A DNA stretch of 64,000 bases from an uncultured SAR86 cluster bacterium (GCA_902635045.1 CACPMT010000001.1:30993-94992), one strand, 5' to 3'; counted from the stretch's first letter, positions 1-9,703 are shown. The notes: generated by a model not told the origin, from the sequence alone. Numbers and translations: made by a program.

Positions 1-873
1 AGCCGCACCTATTGTTCCAGTCCTTAAGGCAACATCAGCTTCAAGAGATGAAGCGGCTCGAACAATAAGAATTCCTAAAATTGATGAAATTAAACCAATT
101 GATGCTAGTGCTAGGGGAAGAAGCATTCTTCCAGAATCATCAAGCGTTGCAGCAATTGCTATTGAAGCAATCATAGCCCCACAGTAGGATTCAAAAATAT
201 CTGAACCCATGCCCGCGACATCGCCAACATTGTCTCCAACATTGTCAGCAATAACTCCTGGATTCCTTGGATCATCCTCTGGTATGCCTGCCTCTATTTT
301 TCCAACTAAATCTGCTCCAACGTCTGCGCTCTTAGTAAAAATTCCTCCTCCCACTCTTGAAAATAAGGCCACGCAAGATGCTCCCATTCCAAATCCTTCA
401 ATTGCTCTAGCCGTCTCAGGGTCTCCTCCAAAATAAAAATATAAGCCACCCAAACCCACTAAACCTAACGAAGCGACGCAAAGACCCATGATAGATCCTC
501 CATAAAAGGCAATAGATAAAGCTGTTTTAGCGCCTTGATTTGCTGCTGCAGTAGCTGTTCTAGAATTTGCTTTTGTTGCAGAAAACATTCCCAACCAACC
601 TGCCAGAGAAGAAGAAATTGCTCCTGCAGTAACAGCTATTGCAGTATTAAGTCCTAAGGCAAGGTAAGAAAGAATAATTAAAACCGAAACAAAAATGAAA
701 AGATAAGAATACTCTCTGCGCATGAAGACCATTGCACCAAGATGTATCTGATCAGCAATTTTCTTAACTTTATCTATTCCACCATCATATTTAAGAACTA
801 TTAAATATATAAAAAGTGCAGCCAGCAGCCCTGCCATTCCAAACAAAGGTGGAATAATTAACATTGAACCCAT
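1..873 (-). CDS. hppA: membrane-bound H+-translocating pyrophosphatase, N-terminal ~291 codons (gene runs off window start)
   Basis: Not in ORF track (no stop in window). Own minus-strand translation from ATG 873-871, with GGAGGAGA SD at 879-886, gives MGSMLIIPPLFGMAGLL... It contains GVIADNVGDNVGDVAGMGSDIFESY (H+-PPase signature) and many TM segments. Confidence 0.85.
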   Translation of the reverse strand, partial: MGSMLIIPPLFGMAGLLAALFIYLIVLKYDGGIDKVKKIADQIHLGAMVFMRREYSYLFIFVSVLIILSYLALGLNTAIAVTAGAISSSLAGWLGMFSATKANSRTATAAANQGAKTALSIAFYGGSIMGLCVASLGLVGLGGLYFYFGGDPETARAIEGFGMGASCVALFSRVGGGIFTKSADVGADLVGKIEAGIPEDDPRNPGVIADNVGDNVGDVAGMGSDIFESYCGAMIASIAIAATLDDSGRMLLPLALASIGLISSILGILIVRAASSLEADVALRTGTIGAA

Positions 874-929
874 AGTTTTCTCCTCCAGAAAAAAGTTAAT
901 TTAACAGAAAGCTGAGTCAATTTCATTGA

Positions 930-2171
930 TTAACCTGCATTAAAAATTTCTTCATCTAATTTATTTTCTGACTTGGCAACTATACAAGAAACCATAGCAT
1001 CTCCTGAGACGTTAACTGCCGTCCTAATCATATCCAATAACCTATCGACGCCAATAATTAGCGCAATGCCTTCAACTGGCAAGCCCACTTGCTGCAGTAC
1101 CATTGCTAACATGATTAACCCCACGCCCGGCACACCTGCCGTTCCGATTGAAGCCAAAGTTGCTGTTAAAACTACCATTAAATATTCTGAAAATGACAAA
1201 TCTACGGAAAATGCTTGAGCAATAAATACTGTTGCAACTCCTTGCATGATCGCTGTGCCGTCCATGTTTATGGTAGTCCCTAAAGGAACACAAAAAGAAC
1301 TTACAGACTTTCCCACACCAAGTTTTTCTTCAACTGTTTTTAAAGTGATTGGCATCGTGGCACTACTCGATGATGTGCTGAATGCAAATAACATTGCTTC
1401 TCGCATTTTTTTAAAAAAAATATAAGGATTAAGTTTTGATAGGAAGAGAATTATGCTGTAAGTGAAGGAAGCATGAAAAATTAGTATAAAGCTTAAAATT
1501 AAAAAATATTCAAACAAATCTGTAATGATTTGAAATCCTAAGGATGCAAATATATTAAAAATTAAACAAAAAACCCCAATTGGCGAAATTAAAATTACGA
1601 TATTTACAATTTGAAGAATTATTAAATAAAGGTTATCAAAAAAACTTTTTATTTTTTCTCCATTTTCACCTATTTTTAAAAGTCCATAACCAAACAATAG
1701 AGCAAATACAATAATCTGCAGCATATTTCCTTCTGACATTGCATGAACCGGATTTGTAGGAAAAATATTCACTAAAGTATCTTTGAAAGATGGAGAATCT
1801 GGAGCCGAAAAAGTATTTACAGACTCAATATTTATGCCATCACCAAAAGTAAAAAAAGAGGAAATTAGTAAAGCGCTAAAGATAGCGAAAGACGTTGTAA
1901 AGACATAGAGTAAAGCAGATTTTATACCGATCGAACCTAATTGAGTGCCAGAGGAGACCTGACTTACCCCGCATACAAGAGAAACAAAAACCAAAGGAAC
2001 AACTAGAAGTTTTAATAGACTTATGAAAATTTGTCCTAATGCATCAAATAATCCGGAAACTAAATAACTTAAGATAAGATCAACAAAAATTAAATCTTGA
2101 AGTGCATTTACCAAGCTGCCAAAAGAGATTCCTAAAAACATGGCAAGCAAGATTCTTTTGGTGAAAGACAT
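930..2171 (-). CDS. dicarboxylate/amino acid:cation symporter (DAACS, GltP/DctA/SstT family)
   Basis: 413-aa polytopic ORF. Family motifs SSSATMPITL, GVPGVGLIMLAMVL and DRLLDMIRTAVNVSGDA are present. Confidence 0.8.
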   Translation of the reverse strand: MSFTKRILLAMFLGISFGSLVNALQDLIFVDLILSYLVSGLFDALGQIFISLLKLLVVPLVFVSLVCGVSQVSSGTQLGSIGIKSALLYVFTTSFAIFSALLISSFFTFGDGINIESVNTFSAPDSPSFKDTLVNIFPTNPVHAMSEGNMLQIIVFALLFGYGLLKIGENGEKIKSFFDNLYLIILQIVNIVILISPIGVFCLIFNIFASLGFQIITDLFEYFLILSFILIFHASFTYSIILFLSKLNPYIFFKKMREAMLFAFSTSSSSATMPITLKTVEEKLGVGKSVSSFCVPLGTTINMDGTAIMQGVATVFIAQAFSVDLSFSEYLMVVLTATLASIGTAGVPGVGLIMLAMVLQQVGLPVEGIALIIGVDRLLDMIRTAVNVSGDAMVSCIVAKSENKLDEEIFNAG

Positions 2172-2173
2172 TT

Positions 2174-2365
2174 TTAGTAACTTTTTCCACCCTCTAGTGG
2201 GATCATGTCAAAATCTTCTTTACCTACTCCGCAATCAGGGCAAACCCAATCCTCAGGTACATCTTCCCATTTTGTTCCTGGTTCGATGCCTTCTTCCGGT
2301 AATCCAAGCTCTTCATCATAAATCCAGCCACAGACAATACATTCCCATTTTTTAAATTCTTCCAT
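2174..2365 (-). CDS. rubredoxin
   Basis: 63 aa with two CxxCG knuckles (CIVCGWIYDEE ... WVCPDCGVGKEDF). Confidence 0.9.
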   Translation of the reverse strand: MEEFKKWECIVCGWIYDEELGLPEEGIEPGTKWEDVPEDWVCPDCGVGKEDFDMIPLEGGKSY

Positions 2366-2409
2366 AATATAAATATTGATAAGCTATTAAAGTAAAATTA
2401 TATATCAAC

Positions 2410-3261
2410 GTGATTAATTCTATAAAAAACTATTTACTTCTAATGCGAGCTGACAGGCCAATTGGAACTTTTCTATTGTTGTGGCCCACATTGACCGCAT
2501 TAACAATTGCAGGAAGCGGAAAGATTGAAATTCATTTATTGATAATTTTTTGTATTGGAACTTTTTTGATGAGATCCGCGGGGTGTGTAATCAATGATTA
2601 TTTTGATCAAGACATAGACAAAAAAGTTTATAGAACTAATAAGAGACCTTTGGCTACAGGAAGTGTAAGTAATTTTGAAGCATTATTTCTTTTTACTTTT
2701 TTATTATCGTTATCTGCATTACTGCTTATTTTTTTGAATCTCCTTAGCTTTCTAATTGCTAGCTCATTACTAATATTAGTTATTTTTTATCCTCTCGCTA
2801 AAAGAATAATGAATGTTCCTCAAATTATTTTAGGTATTGTTTTTTCTGGAGGAATCCTTATGGCCTTCTCAGCATCTGCAAATGAACTACCTCTTATTGC
2901 CTTTGTTTTAATGTTTGCAAATTTCTGTTGGATATTTTCTTACGATACTGCATACGCAATGACTGATAGAGATGACGATAAATTTTTAAACATTGGAAAT
3001 TCTTCTAATTTTTTTAAAGGAAATGAAAAATTAGTAATTTGGCTAGGAAGTTTAATTAACTTTTTTCTAATATTCATGACGGGTTTGAATGAAAATATAA
3101 ATTCATACTTTTATATCTTTTCTTTCATAAATGGATTTTTTTTAATTTATTCTATTAGTATGATTGACAAAAATAAAACAGATACTTTTTTTAATTTTTT
3201 TAAAAAAAATAATTACATAGGTGCCTTAATTTTCATTTCTTTTTTTGCAGGTCTTAATTAA
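2410..3261 (+). CDS. ubiA: 4-hydroxybenzoate polyprenyltransferase
   Basis: 283-aa membrane ORF with GTG start. UbiA motif NDYFDQDIDKKVYRTNKRPLATG. Confidence 0.85.
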   Translation: MINSIKNYLLLMRADRPIGTFLLLWPTLTALTIAGSGKIEIHLLIIFCIGTFLMRSAGCVINDYFDQDIDKKVYRTNKRPLATGSVSNFEALFLFTFLLSLSALLLIFLNLLSFLIASSLLILVIFYPLAKRIMNVPQIILGIVFSGGILMAFSASANELPLIAFVLMFANFCWIFSYDTAYAMTDRDDDKFLNIGNSSNFFKGNEKLVIWLGSLINFFLIFMTGLNENINSYFYIFSFINGFFLIYSISMIDKNKTDTFFNFFKKNNYIGALIFISFFAGLN

Positions 3262-4407
3262 TTGAAAATAGTATTCAATAAGTCAATAAATGAAATTAAC
3301 AAAGAAGATTGGGACAGTCTTGCTCCCAAAAATGAATACCCATTTTTGAAATATGAATTTTTAAAACTTTTAGAACTTACTGGCTCCACTGGTATTTCTT
3401 CAGGATGGGTTCCAATGCATATTACTCTAGAACACGAAAATAATTTGATTGCAGCAATGCCTTTATACCTTAAGAATAATTCTCAAGGTGAATTTGTTTT
3501 TGATCATTCCTGGGCAAATGCTTTTTATCATCATGGAATTAATTATTATCCTAAACTAGTAAGTTCTATTCCTTATACACCTGCAACTGGGCCCAGGTTG
3601 ATAGTCAAAAAGACTTATAGCAAAAAAGATGTTCTTCCTATTATTTTGGAGGGCGTTAAAAGTGTTTCTGAATCGAATGAAATTTCTTCATGGCATATTT
3701 TATTTCCTGATGATGATGAAATAGAGGCTTACCAAACAAATAATTTAAGCATTAGAAAAAATGCTCAATTTGTTTGGTTCAATGATGGTTACAAAAGTTT
3801 TGAAGACTATTTAGATTCTTTTAGAGCTAGACATAGAAAAAATGTAAAAAAAGAGAGAATGAAATTATCTAGTCAAAACCTTGAAGTGCGTCACTTTACT
3901 GGAGCTGACCTTAATGATGAGTTGATGAACGATTTTTATAAATTTTATTTATCAACAAATTTAAAAAGAAGTGGTCACGAAGGTTATTTATCAAAAGAAT
4001 TTTTTTTAAATGCTCCAAAATTTATATCAGAAAATATAGTTTTAATGATGGCTAGTGAAAAATCTACAAAACATGTAGTAGGAGGATCGTTATTTTTTAA
4101 AGACAAAGAAAATTTATATGGTCGATATTGGGGTTGCAGTGAAGAGTTTGATTGCCTACATTTTGAATGTTGCTATTACCAAGGAATAGACTTTTGTATA
4201 GAAAATAATTTAAAGAGATTTGATCCAGGTGTTCAGGGAGAACATAAAATAAAAAGAGGGTTTAAACCAGTTGAAACTTTTTCTGCTCATTGGATTGCTG
4301 ACGAAAAATTCAGAACCGCAATTGAAGATTTTGTGCTTAGAGAAGAGAGTCAAATAAAAAGATATGTTAAAGAAGCAAGAAAATATCTCCCTTTCAAATC
4401 TGTTTAA
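3262..4407 (+). CDS. DUF482/COG3146-type GNAT-fold (FemAB-like) acyltransferase family protein
   Basis: 381 aa, TTG start directly after ubiA stop. Pattern PFLKYEFLKLLE...GW.P.H...PLYLKNNSQGEFVFDHSWANA...YYPKLVSSIPYTPATGPRL is typical of this family. Confidence 0.6.
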   Translation: MKIVFNKSINEINKEDWDSLAPKNEYPFLKYEFLKLLELTGSTGISSGWVPMHITLEHENNLIAAMPLYLKNNSQGEFVFDHSWANAFYHHGINYYPKLVSSIPYTPATGPRLIVKKTYSKKDVLPIILEGVKSVSESNEISSWHILFPDDDEIEAYQTNNLSIRKNAQFVWFNDGYKSFEDYLDSFRARHRKNVKKERMKLSSQNLEVRHFTGADLNDELMNDFYKFYLSTNLKRSGHEGYLSKEFFLNAPKFISENIVLMMASEKSTKHVVGGSLFFKDKENLYGRYWGCSEEFDCLHFECCYYQGIDFCIENNLKRFDPGVQGEHKIKRGFKPVETFSAHWIADEKFRTAIEDFVLREESQIKRYVKEARKYLPFKSV

Positions 4408-5002
4408 AGATCATCCAAACAAAAAAGAAATAATTTATCTTTCAAAATTAGATAAAGATCTTAAAGTATTATTTTTTAAATATCCTAAATTTAAAGCTTT
4501 CAAAAGACCGAAAGGCTTCGAAGGATTGATAAGATTGATAACAGAGCAACAACTTTCGGTTTCATCGGCTAGAGCAATATTTTTAAGAATCAAAAAACTG
4601 ATGCCAATTTTTTCCCCAGAAGAGTTTTTAAAAATTAAAAATTCTGATTTAAAAAAAACTGGCCTAAGCCGACCTAAGATTAATTATTGTAAGATTTTAG
4701 CTAAAGAAATTACTTCAAAAAAATTATCATTCAGATCCTTACATAAACTTAGTGACGATGCATTAAAACAAAGATTATGTGAAATCAAAGGTATAGGTGA
4801 ATGGACTGCAGAATGCTACATGCTTGCGTCGCTTGGCAGGAAAGATATTTGGCCTGTTAAAGATCTTGGCTTACAAGCTGCTTTAAAAGAAATTAAAAGT
4901 TTAGATGCAAGACCTAACGAAATAGAAATGTCTGAGATGGGTGCTTCTTGGAAACCTTATAGATCAATAGTAGCTAATGTGCTATGGGCATCTCACGATT
5001 GA
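4364..5002 (+). CDS. HhH-GPD superfamily DNA glycosylase (3-methyladenine glycosylase II / AlkA-like)
   Basis: Helix-hairpin-helix segment LCEIKGIGEWTAECYML followed by WPVKDLGLQ. Start uncertain (44-nt overlap with the upstream gene). Confidence 0.65.
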   Translation: MLKKQENISLSNLFKDHPNKKEIIYLSKLDKDLKVLFFKYPKFKAFKRPKGFEGLIRLITEQQLSVSSARAIFLRIKKLMPIFSPEEFLKIKNSDLKKTGLSRPKINYCKILAKEITSKKLSFRSLHKLSDDALKQRLCEIKGIGEWTAECYMLASLGRKDIWPVKDLGLQAALKEIKSLDARPNEIEMSEMGASWKPYRSIVANVLWASHD

Positions 5003-5037
5003 TTTAAAAATTAAGATTTTATAAGTAGACTACAAAT

Positions 5038-5484
5038 ATGAAAGATAAAGAAAAATATTCAAAACTTAAAAGTTTCCACTTTGTTTGTGAAAAAAATTAT
5101 CTTTTATTTTCTCAAATCTTGCCAAATTTAAATGAGGAAAAGGTTTTTTCTTTTGGGTTGCCAATAAAAAATTCAAAATTAAGTGAAGTGTCAATAAATC
5201 TAAAAAAAGTTTCAAAATTTACTTCCGAAATTAAAGTATGTTTAGCTGCAGAATTATCAAAAAAGATAGAGATTGAAGTTCGTTTATATCATGAAGCTAA
5301 AATGTGTGAAGTGATAAAGTTTCAAGGGTTTCACCAAAGTTTAATTTCAATTTTTATAGGTCAGAAAAAATTTGGGTTTACTAAAGACGAAAAATACCAA
5401 TGGAATTCTTTCTTGAATAAATTTTTAATAATTTGCAAAGAGTCTGGAAGATCACTTGAAAATTTTATACCTTCACGGGTTTAA
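5038..5484 (+). CDS. DUF1249 (YqiB-like) protein
   Basis: 148 aa lying immediately upstream of and overlapping a yqiA-like esterase, as in enterobacterial yqiB-yqiA. Assigned mainly from synteny and size. Confidence 0.45.
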   Translation: MKDKEKYSKLKSFHFVCEKNYLLFSQILPNLNEEKVFSFGLPIKNSKLSEVSINLKKVSKFTSEIKVCLAAELSKKIEIEVRLYHEAKMCEVIKFQGFHQSLISIFIGQKKFGFTKDEKYQWNSFLNKFLIICKESGRSLENFIPSRV

Positions 5485-6022
5485 TTCCTCGTCTAATTCA
5501 AATAAAGCACAAATATTCAAAAATTCTGAATTTGTAAAAGACTTAAACGTGGAAGTTATTTTTCCTGACCTTCCAATATCTCCAGAAGAAGCTGTAGAAG
5601 AAATCTCAAAAATTCTTAAGAATTGTAATTTTAATATTTCTTTAATTGGAAGTTCTTTAGGAGGTTTTTATGCTACCTACATTTCCGATATTTATAATTT
5701 AAAGTCCGTAAGTATAAATCCTGTTGTGCCGAATCATCTATCTGAGATGAAAGATCTTATTGGGAAACATCAAAATTTTCAGACTATGGAAAACTATTAT
5801 TTCACCAAAGAAATGTATAGTTTTTTAAATAAGATTAAGATTAATGAATTAAATAATCCTCTAAATCATTTATCTTTTGTACAACTACAAGATGAAGTCT
5901 TAAATCATTTAGATACAATTTCATATTATAAAAATAGTCATTTGTGTATAGAAAGTTTAGGCTCACACAAATTTAATAATTTTGAGACCAAAATACCTTA
6001 TATTTTAGATTTTCTGATCTAA
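5456..6022 (+). CDS. yqiA: YqiA-type alpha/beta esterase
   Basis: N-terminus MKILYLHGFNSS and nucleophile elbow GSSLGG. 188 aa, TTG start. Confidence 0.75.
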   Translation: MKILYLHGFNSSSNSNKAQIFKNSEFVKDLNVEVIFPDLPISPEEAVEEISKILKNCNFNISLIGSSLGGFYATYISDIYNLKSVSINPVVPNHLSEMKDLIGKHQNFQTMENYYFTKEMYSFLNKIKINELNNPLNHLSFVQLQDEVLNHLDTISYYKNSHLCIESLGSHKFNNFETKIPYILDFLI

Positions 6023-6132
6023 AATAGTGCATTTTAAGCTTTAAAATAATACAATAATTGCACTATTTAATAGCAATTTATTTGATAACATAACTTTTCG
6101 TTTAAAAAATGTAATTAAAAGGAGAAAAAATT

Positions 6133-7113
6133 ATGGCAGATTTCAAAACATACGAATACATATGGCTAGATGGTTACTCACCAGAAGCTAATATGAGAAG
6201 TAAAGTTAAAGCAACTGATGAAGATACAGCTCCTGCTTGGTCTTTCGATGGTTCATCAACCCAGCAAGCAGAAGGAGGAAGTTCAGATTGCTTACTTCTT
6301 CCAGTTCAAACTTATTCTAATCCTAATGGACATGATTTGGTTCTTACTCAAGTTCAAGCTGCAGATCATACTACTCATCCATCTAATTTTAGAGCTGCTG
6401 CCGATGAAGTGGTAACTGATGAGTGGTGGTTCGGATTTGAACAAGAATTCTTTTTCACTGATCCGAAGACTGGCGAACCCTTAGGCTGGGAAGATGGAAC
6501 CCCTAGGGAACAAGGAGAATTCTACTGCGGCGTAGGCGCAGGAAATGTCGTGGGAAGAGAAATTTCCGATGCTCATTTACAAGCTTGCCTTGATCTTGGA
6601 ATTACTTTGACTGGAACAAATGCAGAGGTTGCACTAGGACAATGGGAATATCAATGCTTTGGAAAAGGCATTAAAGCTGCAGATGACCTGTGGATTAGTA
6701 GATACCTTTTGTTCAAGATTGCAGAAGAATACGGCGTTGGTGTGAATCTTCATCCTAAACCAAAAACTGGTGATTGGAATGGTTCTGGAATGCATAGTAA
6801 TTTTTCAAATGAGGAAATGAGAACAAAAGGATCAGAGGAACTATTTTCATCAATTTGTGAAAAACTAGGCGCTGTACATGACGAAGGTATTGCATCTTAT
6901 GGTTCTGATAATGATATGCGTCTTACTGGACTACATGAAACTCAGAAAATTACAGAGTTTTCTTATGGTGTAAGTGACAGAGGAGCTAGTATTCGAATCC
7001 CAGTTTATACCGTAGAGCATGACTGGAATGGATATTTAGAAGATAGAAGACCAGCTTCTAACGCAGATCCATACAAAATACTTTCACATATTGTAGGGAC
7101 TCTGACTAAATAA
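6133..7113 (+). CDS. glnII: glutamine synthetase, type II (eukaryote-like GSII)
   Basis: 326 aa. GSII motifs FGFEQEFF, NGSGMHSNFS and EDRRPASNADPY. Strong SD AAAGGAGA upstream. Visibly higher GC than neighbours. Confidence 0.9.
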   Translation: MADFKTYEYIWLDGYSPEANMRSKVKATDEDTAPAWSFDGSSTQQAEGGSSDCLLLPVQTYSNPNGHDLVLTQVQAADHTTHPSNFRAAADEVVTDEWWFGFEQEFFFTDPKTGEPLGWEDGTPREQGEFYCGVGAGNVVGREISDAHLQACLDLGITLTGTNAEVALGQWEYQCFGKGIKAADDLWISRYLLFKIAEEYGVGVNLHPKPKTGDWNGSGMHSNFSNEEMRTKGSEELFSSICEKLGAVHDEGIASYGSDNDMRLTGLHETQKITEFSYGVSDRGASIRIPVYTVEHDWNGYLEDRRPASNADPYKILSHIVGTLTK

Positions 7114-7127
7114 AAGATAGGAGAGAG

Positions 7128-7160
7128 GTGAGATGAGTTGATCTCAGATTCACTGTTTTT
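7128..7160 (+). terminator. candidate intrinsic terminator after the GS gene
   Basis: GTGA/TCAC outer stem and TGAG/CTCA inner stem (7128-7153), followed directly by TGTTTTT (7154-7160). Confidence 0.4.
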
Positions 7161-7221
7161 AAGGGCATATTATAAATGTCTCCGAAGCAATGTCTGAGAT
7201 TTACTCAAACTTACCTAAGCA

Positions 7222-8313
7222 ATGCAAAAATCTTTAGAAAAAGCTTTACAAAAGATCTCATCAAAATTACTTATTACTGATAAAGATTTAAAAGTTTTAT
7301 TTATAAATAGTTCAGCAGAAGACTTTTTAAATACAACTTCTAAAAAATCTATAGGTAAATTAATTCACGATGTTTTTATTGAAAAACCTACTAATAATCT
7401 TGAACTTCTCGATCTGTTAGAGAAAAAAACATATCTTAAGAGACACATAACAACTCTATTTTTAGAAGGTGGTTTAAAGAAAAAATGTTCTTTTGTAGCT
7501 TATTATTTAGGAGAAGAAAGCGAATCAATAGTCTTTGAATTTTTTGATGCTGAAAAACAAATTCTAGAAAAAAAAGCTAGAAGAAAATCTACTGGAGGAG
7601 TTATAACCGCAGCCTTTTCCAAAGGACTAGCTCATGAAATTAAAAATCCTTTAAGCGGCATAAAAGGAGCAGCACAATTGCTTTCAAACAAGCTCAAAAC
7701 TAAAGAAAATCAAGAACTTTTAAATATTATTTCAAGAGAATCTGACAGAATTACAAATATTGTTAATCAGGTTTCGGAAAAACAGTTTCAACTAAGTTTG
7801 ACCAGAGAAAATATTCATGTTGTTTTAGAAAAATTACCTGACTTTATAAGCTCTTTGGATAGCAAAGACATAAAGTTTATTAGAGATTATGATCCGAGTT
7901 TGCCTCTAGTTAATATTGACTCTTCACTTATTATGCAAGTCTTTTATAACCTTACTAGAAATTCGATTGAAGCTATGATTAAAACAAAAATTGGAACGAA
8001 AATTACAGTAAGAACCAGAGTTGCGTCAGAAGTAATTATAAATGGTAGTTTTTATAAAACAGCTTGTGAAATAGATTTTATTGATAATGGGCCAGGAATA
8101 CCAGAAGAATACATAGACTCAATTTTTTTTCCTTTGGTTTCGACTAAGAAACTTTCTTCTGGGCTTGGTCTTGCAATTGCGAAAGGTATCATAAATCAAC
8201 ATCATGGCTCGATTGAATGTTCTAGTGATTCTAGTGGAACTAATTTTTCAATTTTGATCCCTTTCCCAGAAGAAAGTTTCAAAGAAGAAAATGCGGAGGT
8301 TTTAAATGTCTAA
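7222..8313 (+). CDS. ntrB: nitrogen regulation sensor histidine kinase NtrB
   Basis: H-box HEIKNPLSGIKGAAQLL, ATPase boxes DNGPGIP and GLGLAIA. Position between GS and ntrC. Confidence 0.85.
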   Translation: MQKSLEKALQKISSKLLITDKDLKVLFINSSAEDFLNTTSKKSIGKLIHDVFIEKPTNNLELLDLLEKKTYLKRHITTLFLEGGLKKKCSFVAYYLGEESESIVFEFFDAEKQILEKKARRKSTGGVITAAFSKGLAHEIKNPLSGIKGAAQLLSNKLKTKENQELLNIISRESDRITNIVNQVSEKQFQLSLTRENIHVVLEKLPDFISSLDSKDIKFIRDYDPSLPLVNIDSSLIMQVFYNLTRNSIEAMIKTKIGTKITVRTRVASEVIINGSFYKTACEIDFIDNGPGIPEEYIDSIFFPLVSTKKLSSGLGLAIAKGIINQHHGSIECSSDSSGTNFSILIPFPEESFKEENAEVLNV

Positions 8314-9703
8314 GTCAAAAAAGGTTTGGGTCGCAGATGACGATGAATCCATAAGATTTGTTCTAGAAAAAGGATTAATTGATGCAGGTTTTGAAGTATC
8401 TGTTTTTGAGGATGGAAACGAAGTTGTCAATCAACTCGATCTTGAAAAACCTAATGTTCTTCTAACAGATCTAAAAATGCCTGGAAGAGATGGTATGGAT
8501 CTCTTGGATACTTTTAAAAATGAATTTTCAAACATTCCAGTAATTATGATGACTGCTCATTCGGATTTGGATACTACAGTAGACGCTTTTGAAAACGGAG
8601 CCTGGGACTATATAGCAAAACCATTTGATTTGAATGATGCAATCTCAAAGATATCAAAAGCTCTGGATGAAAGAAAAATTAGATCGAAAAAAAGAAATAA
8701 AGAAGACGAAATTACATTAGAGAAAGGGAAAATAATTGGAAAATCTCCTGCAATGCAAGATCTGTTCAATTCTATTGGAAAATTATCTCATTCAGATTCA
8801 ACAGTATTATTGGTAGGTGAATCTGGAACTGGAAAGGAGTTGGTTGCGAGAGCTATCTATGAACACAGCGAAAGAGCAGATAAAAAACTTATTTCTCTAA
8901 ATATGGCTGATATTCCAATTGAGTTACTAGAATCTGAACTTTTTGGCTATGAAAAAGGAGCTTTCACTGGAGCAGAAAAGAAAAAAATTGGAAGATTTGA
9001 GCAAGCTCATAAAGCGACTTTGTTCCTAGATGAAATTGGAGATATGCCTTATGAAACTCAAACTAGAATTCTAAGAGTACTATCCAGTGGAGAATTTTAT
9101 AGAATTGGAGGAAGTGAGCCTATCACAGTTGATGTAAGAATTATTGCAGCAACAAACCAAAACTTGAATGAAAAAGTTAAAACTGGAGCTTTTAGAGAAG
9201 ATCTTTTTCACAGACTCAATGTAATAAGGATACCAATGCCCGCCCTGAGAGAAAGGAAAGAGGACATACCATTACTTGCTGCATATTTCTTTGATAAATT
9301 TTCCAAAGAAACTAAATCAGAAACTAAAATTTTGACCGATGAGGTTAAAGATCTTTTTGAAAATCTAATTTGGCCAGGAAACGTTTTACAGCTCCAGAAC
9401 CTCTGTCATTCTCTTACAGTTTTATCTTCAGCCCAAGAAATAACAATCAGCGACTTACCTAATGATTTATTAATTCAGAAAAAAGGACCTGAGTTAACTT
9501 GGAATGACTTACTTGAGATTTGGGCTACTGAGAGATTATCAAACGGAGATGATCATATTCTTAATTCAACCATACCTGTTTTTGAAAAAACGATGATCAA
9601 AGTCGCTATGAAAGCAACCAAAGGCAAAAAAAGTGAGGCGGCCAATCTTTTAGGCTGGGGTAGAAATACTTTGGCAAGAAAAATGAACGAATTAGATCTT
9701 TAA
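8306..9703 (+). CDS. ntrC: sigma-54-dependent response regulator NtrC
   Basis: Receiver domain (DDDESIRFVL...DLKMPGRDG), AAA+ Walker A GESGTGKE, GAFTGA motif and C-terminal HTH (AANLLGWGRNTLARKMNEL). Confidence 0.9.
   Translation: MSKSKKVWVADDDESIRFVLEKGLIDAGFEVSVFEDGNEVVNQLDLEKPNVLLTDLKMPGRDGMDLLDTFKNEFSNIPVIMMTAHSDLDTTVDAFENGAWDYIAKPFDLNDAISKISKALDERKIRSKKRNKEDEITLEKGKIIGKSPAMQDLFNSIGKLSHSDSTVLLVGESGTGKELVARAIYEHSERADKKLISLNMADIPIELLESELFGYEKGAFTGAEKKKIGRFEQAHKATLFLDEIGDMPYETQTRILRVLSSGEFYRIGGSEPITVDVRIIAATNQNLNEKVKTGAFREDLFHRLNVIRIPMPALRERKEDIPLLAAYFFDKFSKETKSETKILTDEVKDLFENLIWPGNVLQLQNLCHSLTVLSSAQEITISDLPNDLLIQKKGPELTWNDLLEIWATERLSNGDDHILNSTIPVFEKTMIKVAMKATKGKKSEAANLLGWGRNTLARKMNELDL

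Noticed and set aside
209-436. 75-aa plus-strand ORF (Pro/Ser/Thr-rich)
   Set aside because: It lies antisense inside the clearly coding hppA frame and has low-complexity composition, so it is a shadow ORF.
973-1293. ORFs 973-1218 (+) and 1072-1293 (-) inside the DAACS transporter gene
   Set aside because: They are alternative-frame or antisense shadows of a well-supported 413-aa transporter and carry no motifs.
6022-6068. The 10-bp inverted repeat read as an intrinsic terminator for yqiA
   Set aside because: The loop would be 27 nt and no T-run follows. It is kept only as a possible protein-binding dyad.
6069-6132. Sigma-54 promoter upstream of the GS gene (TAGCAA-N5-TTGAT at about 6071-6086)
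   Set aside because: It lacks the invariant GG (-24) and GC (-12) dinucleotides and cannot be supported.
6218-6415. 65-aa plus-strand ORF within the GS gene
   Set aside because: It is an out-of-frame overlap with strongly supported GSII coding sequence.
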